Part shown: piece after piece, positions 28,725 to 38,284 of the stretch
Numbering within the stretch: position 1 is the first letter of the stretch
How the letters are laid out: each line of letters begins with the position of its first letter
Assembly (NCBI GenBank): GCA_008017065.1
Contig: SSGT01000076.1
Coordinates: 1-42,704 of the forward strand
Direction: 5' to 3'
Source: Crocinitomicaceae bacterium
GTDB lineage: Bacteria; Bacteroidota; Bacteroidia; Flavobacteriales_D; Crocinitomicaceae
Length of the DNA: 42,704 nucleotides
Made by a program: the position numbers and the translations under genes
The notes under the pieces: model-generated
What the model saw: only the letters and a program-made list of their open reading frames with translations
The model's database searches: none
Told to the model about the DNA's origin: nothing

Positions 28725-28732
28725 TAACTTTG
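28725..28732 (+). promoter_or_regulatory. candidate -7 box (TAACTTTG) for the first small lipoprotein gene
   Basis: Perfect TAnnTTTG, 20 nt upstream of the ATG at 28752. Confidence 0.35.
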
Positions 28733-28751
28733 AACTAAAGAAAACGTATAA

Positions 28752-29132
28752 ATGAAGACAGCTTTTAAAATTCCTACACTACTTGTATTACTCGTTTTAG
28801 CACTTGGAGCGCTTCAATCGTGTAAGAGAGACCCGTCAGTGATGAAAATTTTTGTTCGTTCCCACAGCAATCAATTGGAGAGCAATGCAAAAGTGATCAT
28901 TGTAGCAGATGTCAACTCAAATCCTCCTACAGCAGCTTATGTCGATACGCTTTTTACCAATTCAACTGGTTTTGCAACTTTTGATATGACGCCGTTTTTT
29001 GGTGAAAAAGGAAAAAAAGGAGCAACAGGTTATTTTGATATCATCGTCAAAAAAGACGGAAAAGTTGGTTTTGGAAGAATTAGATGCAGAGCACACATTA
29101 CCAATGTGGAAACAGTCATCATGGAGCCTTAA
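28752..29132 (+). CDS. small lipoprotein, paralog 1 (carboxypeptidase-regulatory-like beta-sandwich suspected)
   Basis: 126 aa. Signal peptide plus lipobox GALQSC. KIFVRS.SN...TNSTGFATF pattern shared with the next gene. Confidence 0.65.
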   Translation: MKTAFKIPTLLVLLVLALGALQSCKRDPSVMKIFVRSHSNQLESNAKVIIVADVNSNPPTAAYVDTLFTNSTGFATFDMTPFFGEKGKKGATGYFDIIVKKDGKVGFGRIRCRAHITNVETVIMEP

Positions 29133-29234
29133 TTAAACTATTTTAAACAACATATCAACGCAGCATACCGTTGTTAGTGCAAAGGAAGCATCAGTAAACG
29201 GATCAAACGCTGTCCTACATTAAAATAAATAACT

Positions 29235-29615
29235 ATGAAATCGATATTCACAAGTTCATTTTTGGTCATTGCAATCGCTGTTTCTGGGATGCTTTTGACT
29301 ACATCTTGCCGTAAGAAAAAAGACACAATTGCTAAAATCTATGTGCGCGATGCATCTAACTCACCTGTCGCTGGTTGCCAAGTCGTTTTGAAAGGTGTTT
29401 CAACGACTAACAATCCGGGAAGCGTTGAGTTGTACGACACCACCGAAACGAATGCTTCGGGGGAGGCGATCTTTAATTTCAACGATGAATACAAATTGGG
29501 GCAAGCTGGAGTTGCAGTCTTGAACATCGAAGCTGAAAAAGACGCTTTGTTTGGAACAGGAATCATTAAAATCGAAGAGGAAGTAACCAACGAAGAAACG
29601 GTTTTTGTTCAATAG
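29235..29615 (+). CDS. small lipoprotein, paralog 2
   Basis: 126 aa, lipobox LTTSC. Contains KIYVRDASNSPVAGCQVVL...TNASGEAIF...TNEETVFV, collinear with paralog 1. Confidence 0.65.
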   Translation: MKSIFTSSFLVIAIAVSGMLLTTSCRKKKDTIAKIYVRDASNSPVAGCQVVLKGVSTTNNPGSVELYDTTETNASGEAIFNFNDEYKLGQAGVAVLNIEAEKDALFGTGIIKIEEEVTNEETVFVQ

Positions 29616-29635
29616 ATTTAATACGTTAGAATTTC

Positions 29636-29664
29636 AAAGTCGGGCTGTTGGTCCGACTTTTTTT
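29636..29664 (+). terminator. rho-independent terminator after the lipoprotein pair
   Basis: AAAGTCGGGC / GTCCGACTTT stem (including one G-U pair) around loop TGTTG, followed by a T run. Confidence 0.75.
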
Positions 29665-29723
29665 GTGCACTGAAATTAACCAAAATTATCATTATTTAGA
29701 TCAAAAAGTAGGTAAAATTTTTA

Positions 29724-29731
29724 TACCTTTG
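29724..29731 (+). promoter_or_regulatory. candidate -7 box (TACCTTTG) for queA
   Basis: Perfect TAnnTTTG, about 77 nt upstream of the queA ATG. Confidence 0.3.
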
Positions 29732-29807
29732 TGCTCTTTTAGAAATGCGAAACGCACATTTTTTGAGACATTCTTAGAGAAACAAAAACACCATTAAAAT
29801 AGAGATA

Positions 29808-30866
29808 ATGAGTAAAATGAAACTTTCAGAATTCAGCTTTGATTTACCAGAAGAGTTAATTGCTGAATATCCACAAGAAAATAGAGACGAAGCCCGTTTG
29901 ATGGTCATTCACCGTAAAACTGGTAAAATTGAGCACAAACTTTTCAAAGACATCATCAATTATTTCAGTGATGGAGACGTGATGATTACTAACAACACGA
30001 AGGTTTTTCCTGCACGTATGTATGGTAACAAAGAAAAGACAGGTGCTAAAATTGAAGTTTTCTTGTTGCGCGAGTTAAACCGCGAAAGTTTACTTTGGGA
30101 TGTTTTAGTGGATCCAGCGCGAAAAATTAGAATTGGAAACAAATTATACTTTGGTGACGATGACTCATTGGTTGCTGAAGTGATCGACAATACGACGTCT
30201 CGAGGCAGAACATTGCGTTTCTTGTTTGACGGACCGTACGAAGAATTCAAAGCAAAAATTACAGAATTGGGTGAGACGCCGCTTCCGAAGTACATCAAAC
30301 GAAGTGTTGAAGAATCGGATGAAGAAAGATACCAAACTATTTATGCGAAAGAGGAAGGCGCGGTCGCAGCACCAACCGCTGGATTACACTTCTCACGCGA
30401 GCTGTTGAAACGCCTGGAATTGAAAGGAGTCAACTTTGCGGAAATTACATTGCATGTAGGATTAGGTACATTCCGAACTGTTGAAGTAGAAGATTTGACG
30501 AAACACAAGATGGATTCTGAACAAGTAATCATCAGCGAAAAATGCGCTAACATCGTAAACAAGGCAAAAACTTCCAAACACAAAGTGTGCGCGATTGGTA
30601 CAACATCCATGCGTGCTATCGAAACCTCTGTGTCAACCGAAGGTTTGTTGAAACCGTTTGATGGTTGGACTAACAAATTCATTTTTCCGCCGTACGATTT
30701 TAGCATTGCGGATTGTTTGGTAACGAATTTTCACACACCACTTTCGACTTTGTTGATGATGATTTCTGCTTTTTGTGGCCACGATTTAATGATGGAAGCT
30801 TATGAAACAGCAATCAGAGAAAAATATAAATTCTATTCGTATGGCGACGCTATGTTGATTTTGTAA
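29808..30866 (+). CDS. queA: S-adenosylmethionine:tRNA ribosyltransferase-isomerase
   Basis: [35 protein letters not shown] and GTTSMRAIE. An alternative start at 29817 is possible. Confidence 0.93.
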   Translation: MSKMKLSEFSFDLPEELIAEYPQENRDEARLMVIHRKTGKIEHKLFKDIINYFSDGDVMITNNTKVFPARMYGNKEKTGAKIEVFLLRELNRESLLWDVLVDPARKIRIGNKLYFGDDDSLVAEVIDNTTSRGRTLRFLFDGPYEEFKAKITELGETPLPKYIKRSVEESDEERYQTIYAKEEGAVAAPTAGLHFSRELLKRLELKGVNFAEITLHVGLGTFRTVEVEDLTKHKMDSEQVIISEKCANIVNKAKTSKHKVCAIGTTSMRAIETSVSTEGLLKPFDGWTNKFIFPPYDFSIADCLVTNFHTPLSTLLMMISAFCGHDLMMEAYETAIREKYKFYSYGDAMLIL

Positions 30867-30891
30867 GCAAGCGAATCGAATGAAAGCAATG

Positions 30892-30925
30892 GGGTGACTT
30901 GGTAAATAGGTCACCCTTTTTTTTG
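30892..30925 (+). terminator. rho-independent terminator of queA
   Basis: GGGGTGAC / GTCACCC stem with an 11-nt loop, followed by T8. Confidence 0.8.
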
Positions 30926-30969
30926 TTTGTTGACTGAAAAATTGCACCTTTGTTTCAAACAAAAAACAA

Positions 30970-33759
30970 ATGAAGAACTTTTTAGTACCGTTTTTAATCC
31001 TGATTTTTACAACTAGCTACGCTCAAAAAAAAATCATAGATCACACAGCATACAACCAATGGAAACGTGTCGGTGATGTGAAGATTTCACCCAACGGTAA
31101 GTTTTCAGTATACACAATCAAACCGCATCGAGGCGATGGATTTTTGTATATAGTAAACAACCAAACGGGTAAAAAAGATTCAATTCCGAGAGGCGTAAGT
31201 CCTGTATTTTCAGCTCAAAATGAGTTTGTCGCATTTAAAATTAATCCTGGATTTGATACCTTGCGCAATTGTGAATTGAACAAAGTCAAAAAAGACAAAT
31301 GGCCGAAAGATAGCTTGGCAATTTTTTTGTTTGAAAACGACAGTTTGATTAAAATCCCCAAGGTAAAGTCCTTTTATATTCCTGAAAAAGGAAATGCCGT
31401 GATTTATTTTCAAGAAGGAAATAAACTGCCGGAAGCAAAAGTGAAGAAAAAATGGTTTCAAAATTTTCGGAAGAAAAAGAACACGGAACCAAGTTATGAA
31501 TCCGACGGAAATGTCTTGGTGCACCTGATTCCCTCATCGGGAAAATCTAGAAAAACGAAAGATGTAAAATCGGTAAAATTGGCGCCCAAAAGCGATTATT
31601 TTCTCTACACCAAACACCAAAAGGTAAAAGTCGACTCATTTCAGTTGATTTTGGGAAACAATGGTTCCAACACCGTTTGGACACTTCCAACGAAATACAA
31701 TCAAATCGGGGATATTGCGTTCAATTCCAATGCAACCGCATTTGCGTTCACCGCTTCAATGGATACCGCCGACCGCAAATTATACCAACTGTTTTATGCG
31801 GATATTGCACAAAAAAAGGTGACTCAATTACTCGACACCGTGATCGCAGGACTTGATTCTTCACTGGCGTTGAACGAATTTGTGGAACCGTATTTTTCGG
31901 AAAATGGAAATCGAATTTTCTTCGGGATTTCGAAAAAACCTCGATTGGAAGTCAAAGACTCGTTGCTTGAAAGCGAAAAAGTAAAATTGGATGTTTGGCA
32001 TTGGAACGACGATCGTTTGCAACCGCAGCAATTGTTGGAGATAGACGACGATAAAAAGGCATCTACGTTTGCATATTACGATTTGAAATCAAACAAACTA
32101 CAAGCAGTTGCAGATGATACATTGGACGTTCGCGTGTTGGACAAAGGGAATTCCAATTTTGCACTTGCTTTTTCCGCAGAAGCGTATCAAAGTGCCTACA
32201 ACTGGGAATTTCCAAACAAGCGCGATGTGTATCGTATCAACTTGGAAACTGCGCAAAAAGAATTACTTAAAAAAGGAATCATCTACCGCGCAACACTTTC
32301 GCCGAGCGGAACGTATTTTTACTATTTCAACGCGGAAAACCAACAACAATATATCAAAGACCTTAAAACCGGAAAAGAAAATTGTTTGACTTGTGCGATT
32401 TCGGAAACTTGGACAGAAGATATTAACGGTCAACCAATTATTGCTGAGCCCTTGGGGATATTAGGTTGGTTGCCAAACGAATCGGGTTTGCTCATCCAAT
32501 CGCATTACGATGTGTGGACATACGAGTTTAACAGTGGAAAAATCACAGCGTTGACCGATGGGAAATCCTCCAAAACACGTTTTCGATTATATGAGTGGGA
32601 CAACGACAGTACGTATATCCATTTTGAAAACTGCTATTTCACGGGGTTTCACGAGAAAGATAAATCGATGTCTTTGTACAAACCGGTGAATATTGACGGA
32701 AAATGGAAGGTTGAAATGCAATTTAGATCCAACCACGATTTGTCGGGATTTCGCAAAGCAAAAGACGGGAGTACCTATCTTTTTCAGAAAGGGTCGTTGC
32801 AAGATTATCCCGACGTTTATAGCAACGATTGGAATAAACTAACGGCATCCAATCGTTTGTCGATCACCAATCCGCAGCAATCCGAATACAATTGGGCGAC
32901 GGTTGAATTAGTCGATTGGAAAGCGTATGATGGAACTGCATTGCAAGGTTTATTGTACAAGCCTGAAAATTATGATTCAACTCAAAAGTATCCGTTGTTG
33001 GTTTATTACTACGAATTGTATAGCGACGAATTGCATAATCACTACGCACCGAGACCAACCGCTTCAATTATTTTTCCAACGGAATACGCATCAGCAGGAT
33101 ACTTTGTATTGATTCCAGATATTCGCTATAAACCTGGTTTTCCTGCTGCGGGTGCTTACAATGCAATCATGAGCGGAACGGATTACGTACTTCGAAAATA
33201 CCGTGCGATCGACTCACTGCGAATGGGATTGCAAGGTCAAAGTTGGGGAGGTTACCAAACAGCACAATTGATCACCATGACAACGCGCTACAAAGCAGCT
33301 ATGGCCGGTGCACCTGTTGGAAATATGTTTTCAGCCTACGGCGGAATTCGTTGGGGAAGTGGTTTAAATCGCCAGTTTCAATACGAGAGAACGCAAAGTA
33401 GAATTGGAAAAACCATTTGGGAAGCCCCCGAATTGTATGTTGCAAACTCGCCAATTTTCCATTTGCCGAAGGTGCAAACGCCGTTGTTGATTATGCACAA
33501 CGACCAAGACGGCGCAGTTCCTTGGTATCAGGGGATTGAGTTGTTTACTGGATTAAAGCGTTTGAATAAACCCGTGTGGATGCTTAATTACAATGGAGAC
33601 GACCACAACTTGATGAAGAATGCAAACCGCATGGATTTGAGTATTCGCATGCGCCAGTTTTTTGATCACTACCTACTTGGAAAACCAGCACCTGTGTGGT
33701 TAAAATCAGGGGTTCCCGCAAGTGAAAAGGGAATCAGCGACGGCTTGGGATACGAGTAA
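30970..33759 (+). CDS. secreted S9-family serine peptidase (prolyl oligopeptidase/dipeptidyl peptidase type) with a long N-terminal propeller region
   Basis: 929 aa. Signal peptide ends TSYA|QKK. Catalytic Ser motif GQSWGGY, Asp in MHNDQDGAVP and His in GDDHNL within the last 250 aa or so. Confidence 0.85.
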   Translation: MKNFLVPFLILIFTTSYAQKKIIDHTAYNQWKRVGDVKISPNGKFSVYTIKPHRGDGFLYIVNNQTGKKDSIPRGVSPVFSAQNEFVAFKINPGFDTLRNCELNKVKKDKWPKDSLAIFLFENDSLIKIPKVKSFYIPEKGNAVIYFQEGNKLPEAKVKKKWFQNFRKKKNTEPSYESDGNVLVHLIPSSGKSRKTKDVKSVKLAPKSDYFLYTKHQKVKVDSFQLILGNNGSNTVWTLPTKYNQIGDIAFNSNATAFAFTASMDTADRKLYQLFYADIAQKKVTQLLDTVIAGLDSSLALNEFVEPYFSENGNRIFFGISKKPRLEVKDSLLESEKVKLDVWHWNDDRLQPQQLLEIDDDKKASTFAYYDLKSNKLQAVADDTLDVRVLDKGNSNFALAFSAEAYQSAYNWEFPNKRDVYRINLETAQKELLKKGIIYRATLSPSGTYFYYFNAENQQQYIKDLKTGKENCLTCAISETWTEDINGQPIIAEPLGILGWLPNESGLLIQSHYDVWTYEFNSGKITALTDGKSSKTRFRLYEWDNDSTYIHFENCYFTGFHEKDKSMSLYKPVNIDGKWKVEMQFRSNHDLSGFRKAKDGSTYLFQKGSLQDYPDVYSNDWNKLTASNRLSITNPQQSEYNWATVELVDWKAYDGTALQGLLYKPENYDSTQKYPLLVYYYELYSDELHNHYAPRPTASIIFPTEYASAGYFVLIPDIRYKPGFPAAGAYNAIMSGTDYVLRKYRAIDSLRMGLQGQSWGGYQTAQLITMTTRYKAAMAGAPVGNMFSAYGGIRWGSGLNRQFQYERTQSRIGKTIWEAPELYVANSPIFHLPKVQTPLLIMHNDQDGAVPWYQGIELFTGLKRLNKPVWMLNYNGDDHNLMKNANRMDLSIRMRQFFDHYLLGKPAPVWLKSGVPASEKGISDGLGYE

Positions 33760-33821
33760 GACATTTTTTGGATGAAACGAAAAATGAGTTGAAATAAGTG
33801 TATATTTACTATCACTAAAAA

Positions 33822-35762
33822 ATGAAAGAAACCTCCTTCATAGCGCAGAATAAGGAAAAATGGGATCGCTTTGAGAAGTTATCTGAAAGTGATGTTAGAG
33901 ATCCAGGTGAATTGAGTGAACTGTTTATGGACATCACCGATGATTTGAGCTATGCACAAACGTTTTACAAGCGGAGAACTGTTCGTGTGTACCTCAATCA
34001 ATTGGCTCAGCGAATCTTTACAGGGGTACATATCCAACGCCGGGAAACACTCAAAAAACTGATTACAGTTTGGCGCGTTTCATTGCCCATTGAAATTTAC
34101 AAAGCGCGAAAAAATTTGCTTTTCGCACTTGTGGTGTTTCTCATTTGGGCCACACTTTCGGCGGTGACAACTCATTACTTCCCCGATTTTGCAAAATTGA
34201 ATTTGAGTGAGGGCTACATGCAAATGACCAATGAAAATATCGAATCGGGCGATCCGTTAGCGGTTTACAAAGGGCAAGGACAGTTTGAAATGTTTGTTGG
34301 TATAACCATGAACAACGTTCGCGTTGCTTTTTTGACATTTATTTTTGGGATTTTTTTTACGGTCGGAACGCATATTTTTCTCTTCAAAAACGGAATGATG
34401 CTGGGCTCGTTTCAATATTTTTTTGCTTCCAAAGGGTTGTTTGTCACTTCATTTTTAGGGATTTGGATTCACGGTGCATTCGAAATTTCAGCGATTGTTC
34501 TTGCTGGTGGGGCTGGAATTACGTTGGGAAATGGTTGGCTGTTTCCAGGTAGTTATTCCCGACTTCAATCGTTGCAATTTGCGGCGAAAAGCGGATTGAA
34601 AATCATGTTGAGTTTGGTTCCCTTTTTTATATTTGCTGGCTTTTTGGAAAGCTACGTGACCCGAAATTATCAAGAGCTGCCCGACTGGTCGAAGTGGTTT
34701 TTAATTGCTTTTTCGTTCGGAATCATCTTGTTTTATTACCTCATTTATCCTATTGTCGTCGCTCGCCGACATCCCGAGTTGCTCGTCGCGAAAGAAGTCG
34801 ATGTGTATGCTCCACCTGTCCGATTCGAATTGCAGAAAATCAGAAATTTCGGGTTGATAATTTCAGATTCGTTTCGATTTTACGGACGCCATTTTTCAAC
34901 ATTTTTCACCTTCAATGCCTTGGTGATTTTTCCGCTCATATTGCTAATTGTATCGTTTCAAAATACAGTGTACGTGGAGGAAATGCTTACCGAACATTGG
35001 TTTGATTGGTCCAAACAACTTGAAATCATGACTGGTTATGGGTTTCATCACCTACAGGATTGGATCGCCGTTGCTTTGTGGTCGGTTGTATTTTCAAGTA
35101 TGTTTGTGTCGGTCATGTATGCATTTCATTCAATCGAAACTGGTTTTTCGTGGCACACCTGCTTTCGTTTTTATCAGAAAAAGATTTTGCGCGTTTGGTT
35201 GGGCAATTTGCTCTTGTTTGTGTTGATCGTTTCGCTTCCTTGGTACCTCTTGATTCTGTGTATTGCGTTGTTGCCCTTTGTGCTTCTAAATGGATTGGTT
35301 GCTGGTTTTTCAGAAACTACGTTCGCGACACGTTTTCGCAATGGCTGGCGTTTTAGTGCAAAATCGTACGGACTTTCCATTTTAAACCTATTGATTTTCA
35401 CTTTCATTTTCGCGCTTTTCATGCAGCCAATTGCCTTTGTAGGAAGTATCAAGCAAGTGTTTGGATCAGCAAGTTTAATGGATGCCGCTGAAGTCATGAT
35501 GCCAGATATGCTCGATCTAATTGCCGATTTTGTTAAAAATGTGGCAAATGCGTTCGGTGGCGAAGGCTTATTTTGGGCCAATTTTTCGCGTCAAGTGATT
35601 TATGGACTGTTTATCATTGCTGTTTTTCCGTTGTGGATCATCAGCGTCGTATTTTTGTACCTCAACATCGAAGAACGCGAATCGGCCGCGGGATTGAGAA
35701 AAGCATTCCAACATTTTGGGAAAAGAAAACGATTCCAAGAAAATAGCAGTGATTTTGAGTAA
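33822..35762 (+). CDS. polytopic membrane protein: SpoIIM/DUF95-like N-terminal half fused to a second multi-TM domain
   Basis: NNVRVAFLTFIFGIFF and IHGAFEISAIVLAGGAG resemble stage II sporulation protein M family motifs (residues about 90-320). Residues about 325-646 add roughly 6 more hydrophobic helices with no recognised motif. Confidence 0.6.
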   Translation: MKETSFIAQNKEKWDRFEKLSESDVRDPGELSELFMDITDDLSYAQTFYKRRTVRVYLNQLAQRIFTGVHIQRRETLKKLITVWRVSLPIEIYKARKNLLFALVVFLIWATLSAVTTHYFPDFAKLNLSEGYMQMTNENIESGDPLAVYKGQGQFEMFVGITMNNVRVAFLTFIFGIFFTVGTHIFLFKNGMMLGSFQYFFASKGLFVTSFLGIWIHGAFEISAIVLAGGAGITLGNGWLFPGSYSRLQSLQFAAKSGLKIMLSLVPFFIFAGFLESYVTRNYQELPDWSKWFLIAFSFGIILFYYLIYPIVVARRHPELLVAKEVDVYAPPVRFELQKIRNFGLIISDSFRFYGRHFSTFFTFNALVIFPLILLIVSFQNTVYVEEMLTEHWFDWSKQLEIMTGYGFHHLQDWIAVALWSVVFSSMFVSVMYAFHSIETGFSWHTCFRFYQKKILRVWLGNLLLFVLIVSLPWYLLILCIALLPFVLLNGLVAGFSETTFATRFRNGWRFSAKSYGLSILNLLIFTFIFALFMQPIAFVGSIKQVFGSASLMDAAEVMMPDMLDLIADFVKNVANAFGGEGLFWANFSRQVIYGLFIIAVFPLWIISVVFLYLNIEERESAAGLRKAFQHFGKRKRFQENSSDFE

Positions 35763-36597
35763 GTGGATTACATATTTATTTGTGCTTTTTTTCAGCACTT
35801 TGTTCGCTCAAAAGAACGCGTCTAATGACGCCTTGTTTTCTAAATTTCGGAAGGAATACAAGTATACGAAAGAAAAAAAATACAAAGGACCAACCGATGT
35901 GTACGCAGAACCTGCGGTGATGGAAGAGGCATACGATGATTCAGAGGGCTACGAAGAAGAGTACTTGGAATATTCTGAAGAAGACATTCAAAAATCACGT
36001 TCGGAACGAACAAAGTCAATCCAAAAATCATACGGTGATGGCACTGTTCCCTACGAAAGGAAAATCGAAAGACCAGAACCGATTGAATGGAGTGATGAAG
36101 AGAACGAGAAAGAAGCCGCATCGGTGAAACCGTTTATAACCGATACATTTTGGATTGTTTTACTGGTTGTCGGCGTTGTTTTACTCCTTGCGTACATTGG
36201 ATTTCGAATTGCTAAAAATCGAAAGCCTCAGGTCAAGCTGCAATCGGAATTTGAATCGAGTAATCAAAATCCCGCAAGCATTCCAAAATCGGAGTTGGAA
36301 TTGCGGTTGGAAAATGCATTGCTCGCGGAGGATTATCGGGAATGTGTGCGGATCTACTTTACGTTTATTTTGAAGGAATTGATCCGGTTGCGAAGAATAA
36401 AGTGGCAAAAAGAAACCACAAATTATGATTATGTACTGCAAATGATTGGGAAACCTGGTTGCGAACAGTTCAATGAAAGTGTCCGAATGTATGATCTCGT
36501 TTGGTACGGTGAGTATTTGATCGGAAGTGCGGAGTTCAACGTATTGGAACAGCACTTGAAGGCAAATTATAACGCTTTAATTGCTGAAAATGAATAA
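35716..36597 (+). CDS. DUF4129-like bitopic membrane protein
   Basis: Signal peptide ends TLFA|QKN. Acidic segment EEAYDDSEGYEEEYLEYSEED, one TM helix (FWIVLLVVGVVLLLAYIGF), and a C-terminal helical region EDYRECVRIYFTFILKELIRL...YDLVWYGEY typical of DUF4129. Overlaps the upstream gene by 47 nt. Confidence 0.55.
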   Translation: MGKENDSKKIAVILSKWITYLFVLFFSTLFAQKNASNDALFSKFRKEYKYTKEKKYKGPTDVYAEPAVMEEAYDDSEGYEEEYLEYSEEDIQKSRSERTKSIQKSYGDGTVPYERKIERPEPIEWSDEENEKEAASVKPFITDTFWIVLLVVGVVLLLAYIGFRIAKNRKPQVKLQSEFESSNQNPASIPKSELELRLENALLAEDYRECVRIYFTFILKELIRLRRIKWQKETTNYDYVLQMIGKPGCEQFNESVRMYDLVWYGEYLIGSAEFNVLEQHLKANYNALIAENE

Positions 36598-38266
36598 GAA
36601 AGCGTTAATAATTGGTGGCGTTTTCGCGTTCATAGTCATCGTTGGGATGGTCTATTTCATTTCCAATTCAGGGGGAGATCCAAGTGCGTCTGAAAAACCA
36701 CAATTTGTTTCCGATAAATGGAACGAAAACTACGTATTGGATGACAAAAATCCATGCGGTACAATTCTCTTCAAGGAGTTGATGGAATCAAAAGCGGATA
36801 GTGCACTCGTCATTACCGATTCCCTTTGTCATCTTCGTTCCGATACGTTGAGCACTTTTGTGTTTGTCGGGGATAAATTTAGTTTGCATCCCGATGAATT
36901 TGATTCGCTCATCCGTCAGGTCGAAAATGGAAACGATTTGTTCCTGTCCTTTCACGAAATGACGGACAATATCAACGAATTTTTCTTTTACGACATCTAT
37001 AATTTTTGGAATTTTGACGACGATGTCGTTGTATTCACTGGAAAGGATTCATTCAATCTCAGCTTTGTTTATCAAACCGATACCATCGCACGAATTTGGA
37101 AATTGTTTGACTACGACAACCTGATCGATAGTACCTACGATACGTTGAGTTACTTCATGGAAACGCCTAATTTCATTCGGATGGATTTGGGAAAAGGGAA
37201 TGTTTTTTTACATTTCAATCCAGAGATGCTTGTGAATTATCAATTGCTTGAAAAACAAGGATTCAATCATGCATCGTTTGTTGCAGAGCAAGTTTTACAA
37301 CCGAAACAAAACAGACGAATAAAGTGGCTTGAGTTGGGAAGACTTACCTACACGGATTCCGATTTTACCAGCGATGAACCGTCGCCGATGGAAGGCAAAG
37401 AAGACGAGAGCTTGTTGCAGTTTATTTTCGAGAAGCGGGAACTGTTGATTGCGTTTTTGTTGGTGATTTTAGGTTTCCTGCTGTATTTTTTCTTCCGAAG
37501 TAAGCGGTATTGGCCGGTTGTTCCTTTTGTTGAAAAACAGAAAAATCGTGCGCTCGAATTTGCAGAAACAATGCAATCGATTTATTGGAATCAAAATTCT
37601 CCGTACAGCATTTTACTGGTGATGCGTAAGAATTTTCATACGATGATCCAAAAGCAATTTTTTATTGATTTATCCAAAGAGGGTGAACAATCCATTCAAT
37701 TGCTTGCGGAGAAATCCGGATTCGATCGCACAAAACTGACTGAACTTGTAGATTTACTTCAGAATCCAAAAATGAAAGCTGTTGATGAGGAGTACATTCA
37801 AAAAGTGGCACTCTTGCAACGTTCGTTTTACCTGCATACTGGAATTATAAAGTACAACGTTCAGCAAAAGACCGCTCGAAAAAAAATCGTGTTTGAACGA
37901 CAAATCGCGATTGCCTCGCTGTTGATGTTTTTAGGAATTCTAGGCATCCTGCGCGGATTTTATTCCCTGTCATTATCCGATGGATTTGGGATTTTGTTTT
38001 GGCCCGCCGGGATTGTTGTGCTCACCCTCGGAATCATCTTGTTTAATCGGAAAGTGCTTCTCGTCGAAAACAGGCAACTGATATTTTATCCCTATTTCTT
38101 TGGAAAAAAAGTGGTTGATTTATCGGACTTAATGACGGTTGAAAACCGGGGAAATAAAACAATTTTTCAATTTACAGGAAATCGAAAAGTGGAAATCAAT
38201 CGATTTGAAATCGCTTCAAGCAGCCGAGATGATTTTCAACATTGGATCAATCAACTAAAAAAGTAA
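36581..38266 (+). CDS. DUF4350-like membrane protein with an additional C-terminal 2-TM + small beta-rich module
   Basis: N-terminal TM helix, then a GTILFKELMES...TFVFVGDKFSLHPDEFDSLIRQVENGNDLFLSF region resembling DUF4350. Mid TM helix LLIAFLLVILGFLLYFFF. Two further TM helices near residue 445. Overlaps the upstream gene by 17 nt; alternative start at 36590. Confidence 0.5.
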   Translation: MLKMNKKALIIGGVFAFIVIVGMVYFISNSGGDPSASEKPQFVSDKWNENYVLDDKNPCGTILFKELMESKADSALVITDSLCHLRSDTLSTFVFVGDKFSLHPDEFDSLIRQVENGNDLFLSFHEMTDNINEFFFYDIYNFWNFDDDVVVFTGKDSFNLSFVYQTDTIARIWKLFDYDNLIDSTYDTLSYFMETPNFIRMDLGKGNVFLHFNPEMLVNYQLLEKQGFNHASFVAEQVLQPKQNRRIKWLELGRLTYTDSDFTSDEPSPMEGKEDESLLQFIFEKRELLIAFLLVILGFLLYFFFRSKRYWPVVPFVEKQKNRALEFAETMQSIYWNQNSPYSILLVMRKNFHTMIQKQFFIDLSKEGEQSIQLLAEKSGFDRTKLTELVDLLQNPKMKAVDEEYIQKVALLQRSFYLHTGIIKYNVQQKTARKKIVFERQIAIASLLMFLGILGILRGFYSLSLSDGFGILFWPAGIVVLTLGIILFNRKVLLVENRQLIFYPYFFGKKVVDLSDLMTVENRGNKTIFQFTGNRKVEINRFEIASSSRDDFQHWINQLKK

Positions 38267-38284
38267 CGAACAAAAATAAAGCGT

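Noticed and set aside
35174-35581. 135-aa minus-strand ORF inside the SpoIIM-like gene
   Set aside because: It is antisense to a gene whose hydrophobic periodicity and operon context are coherent. There is no independent support for it.
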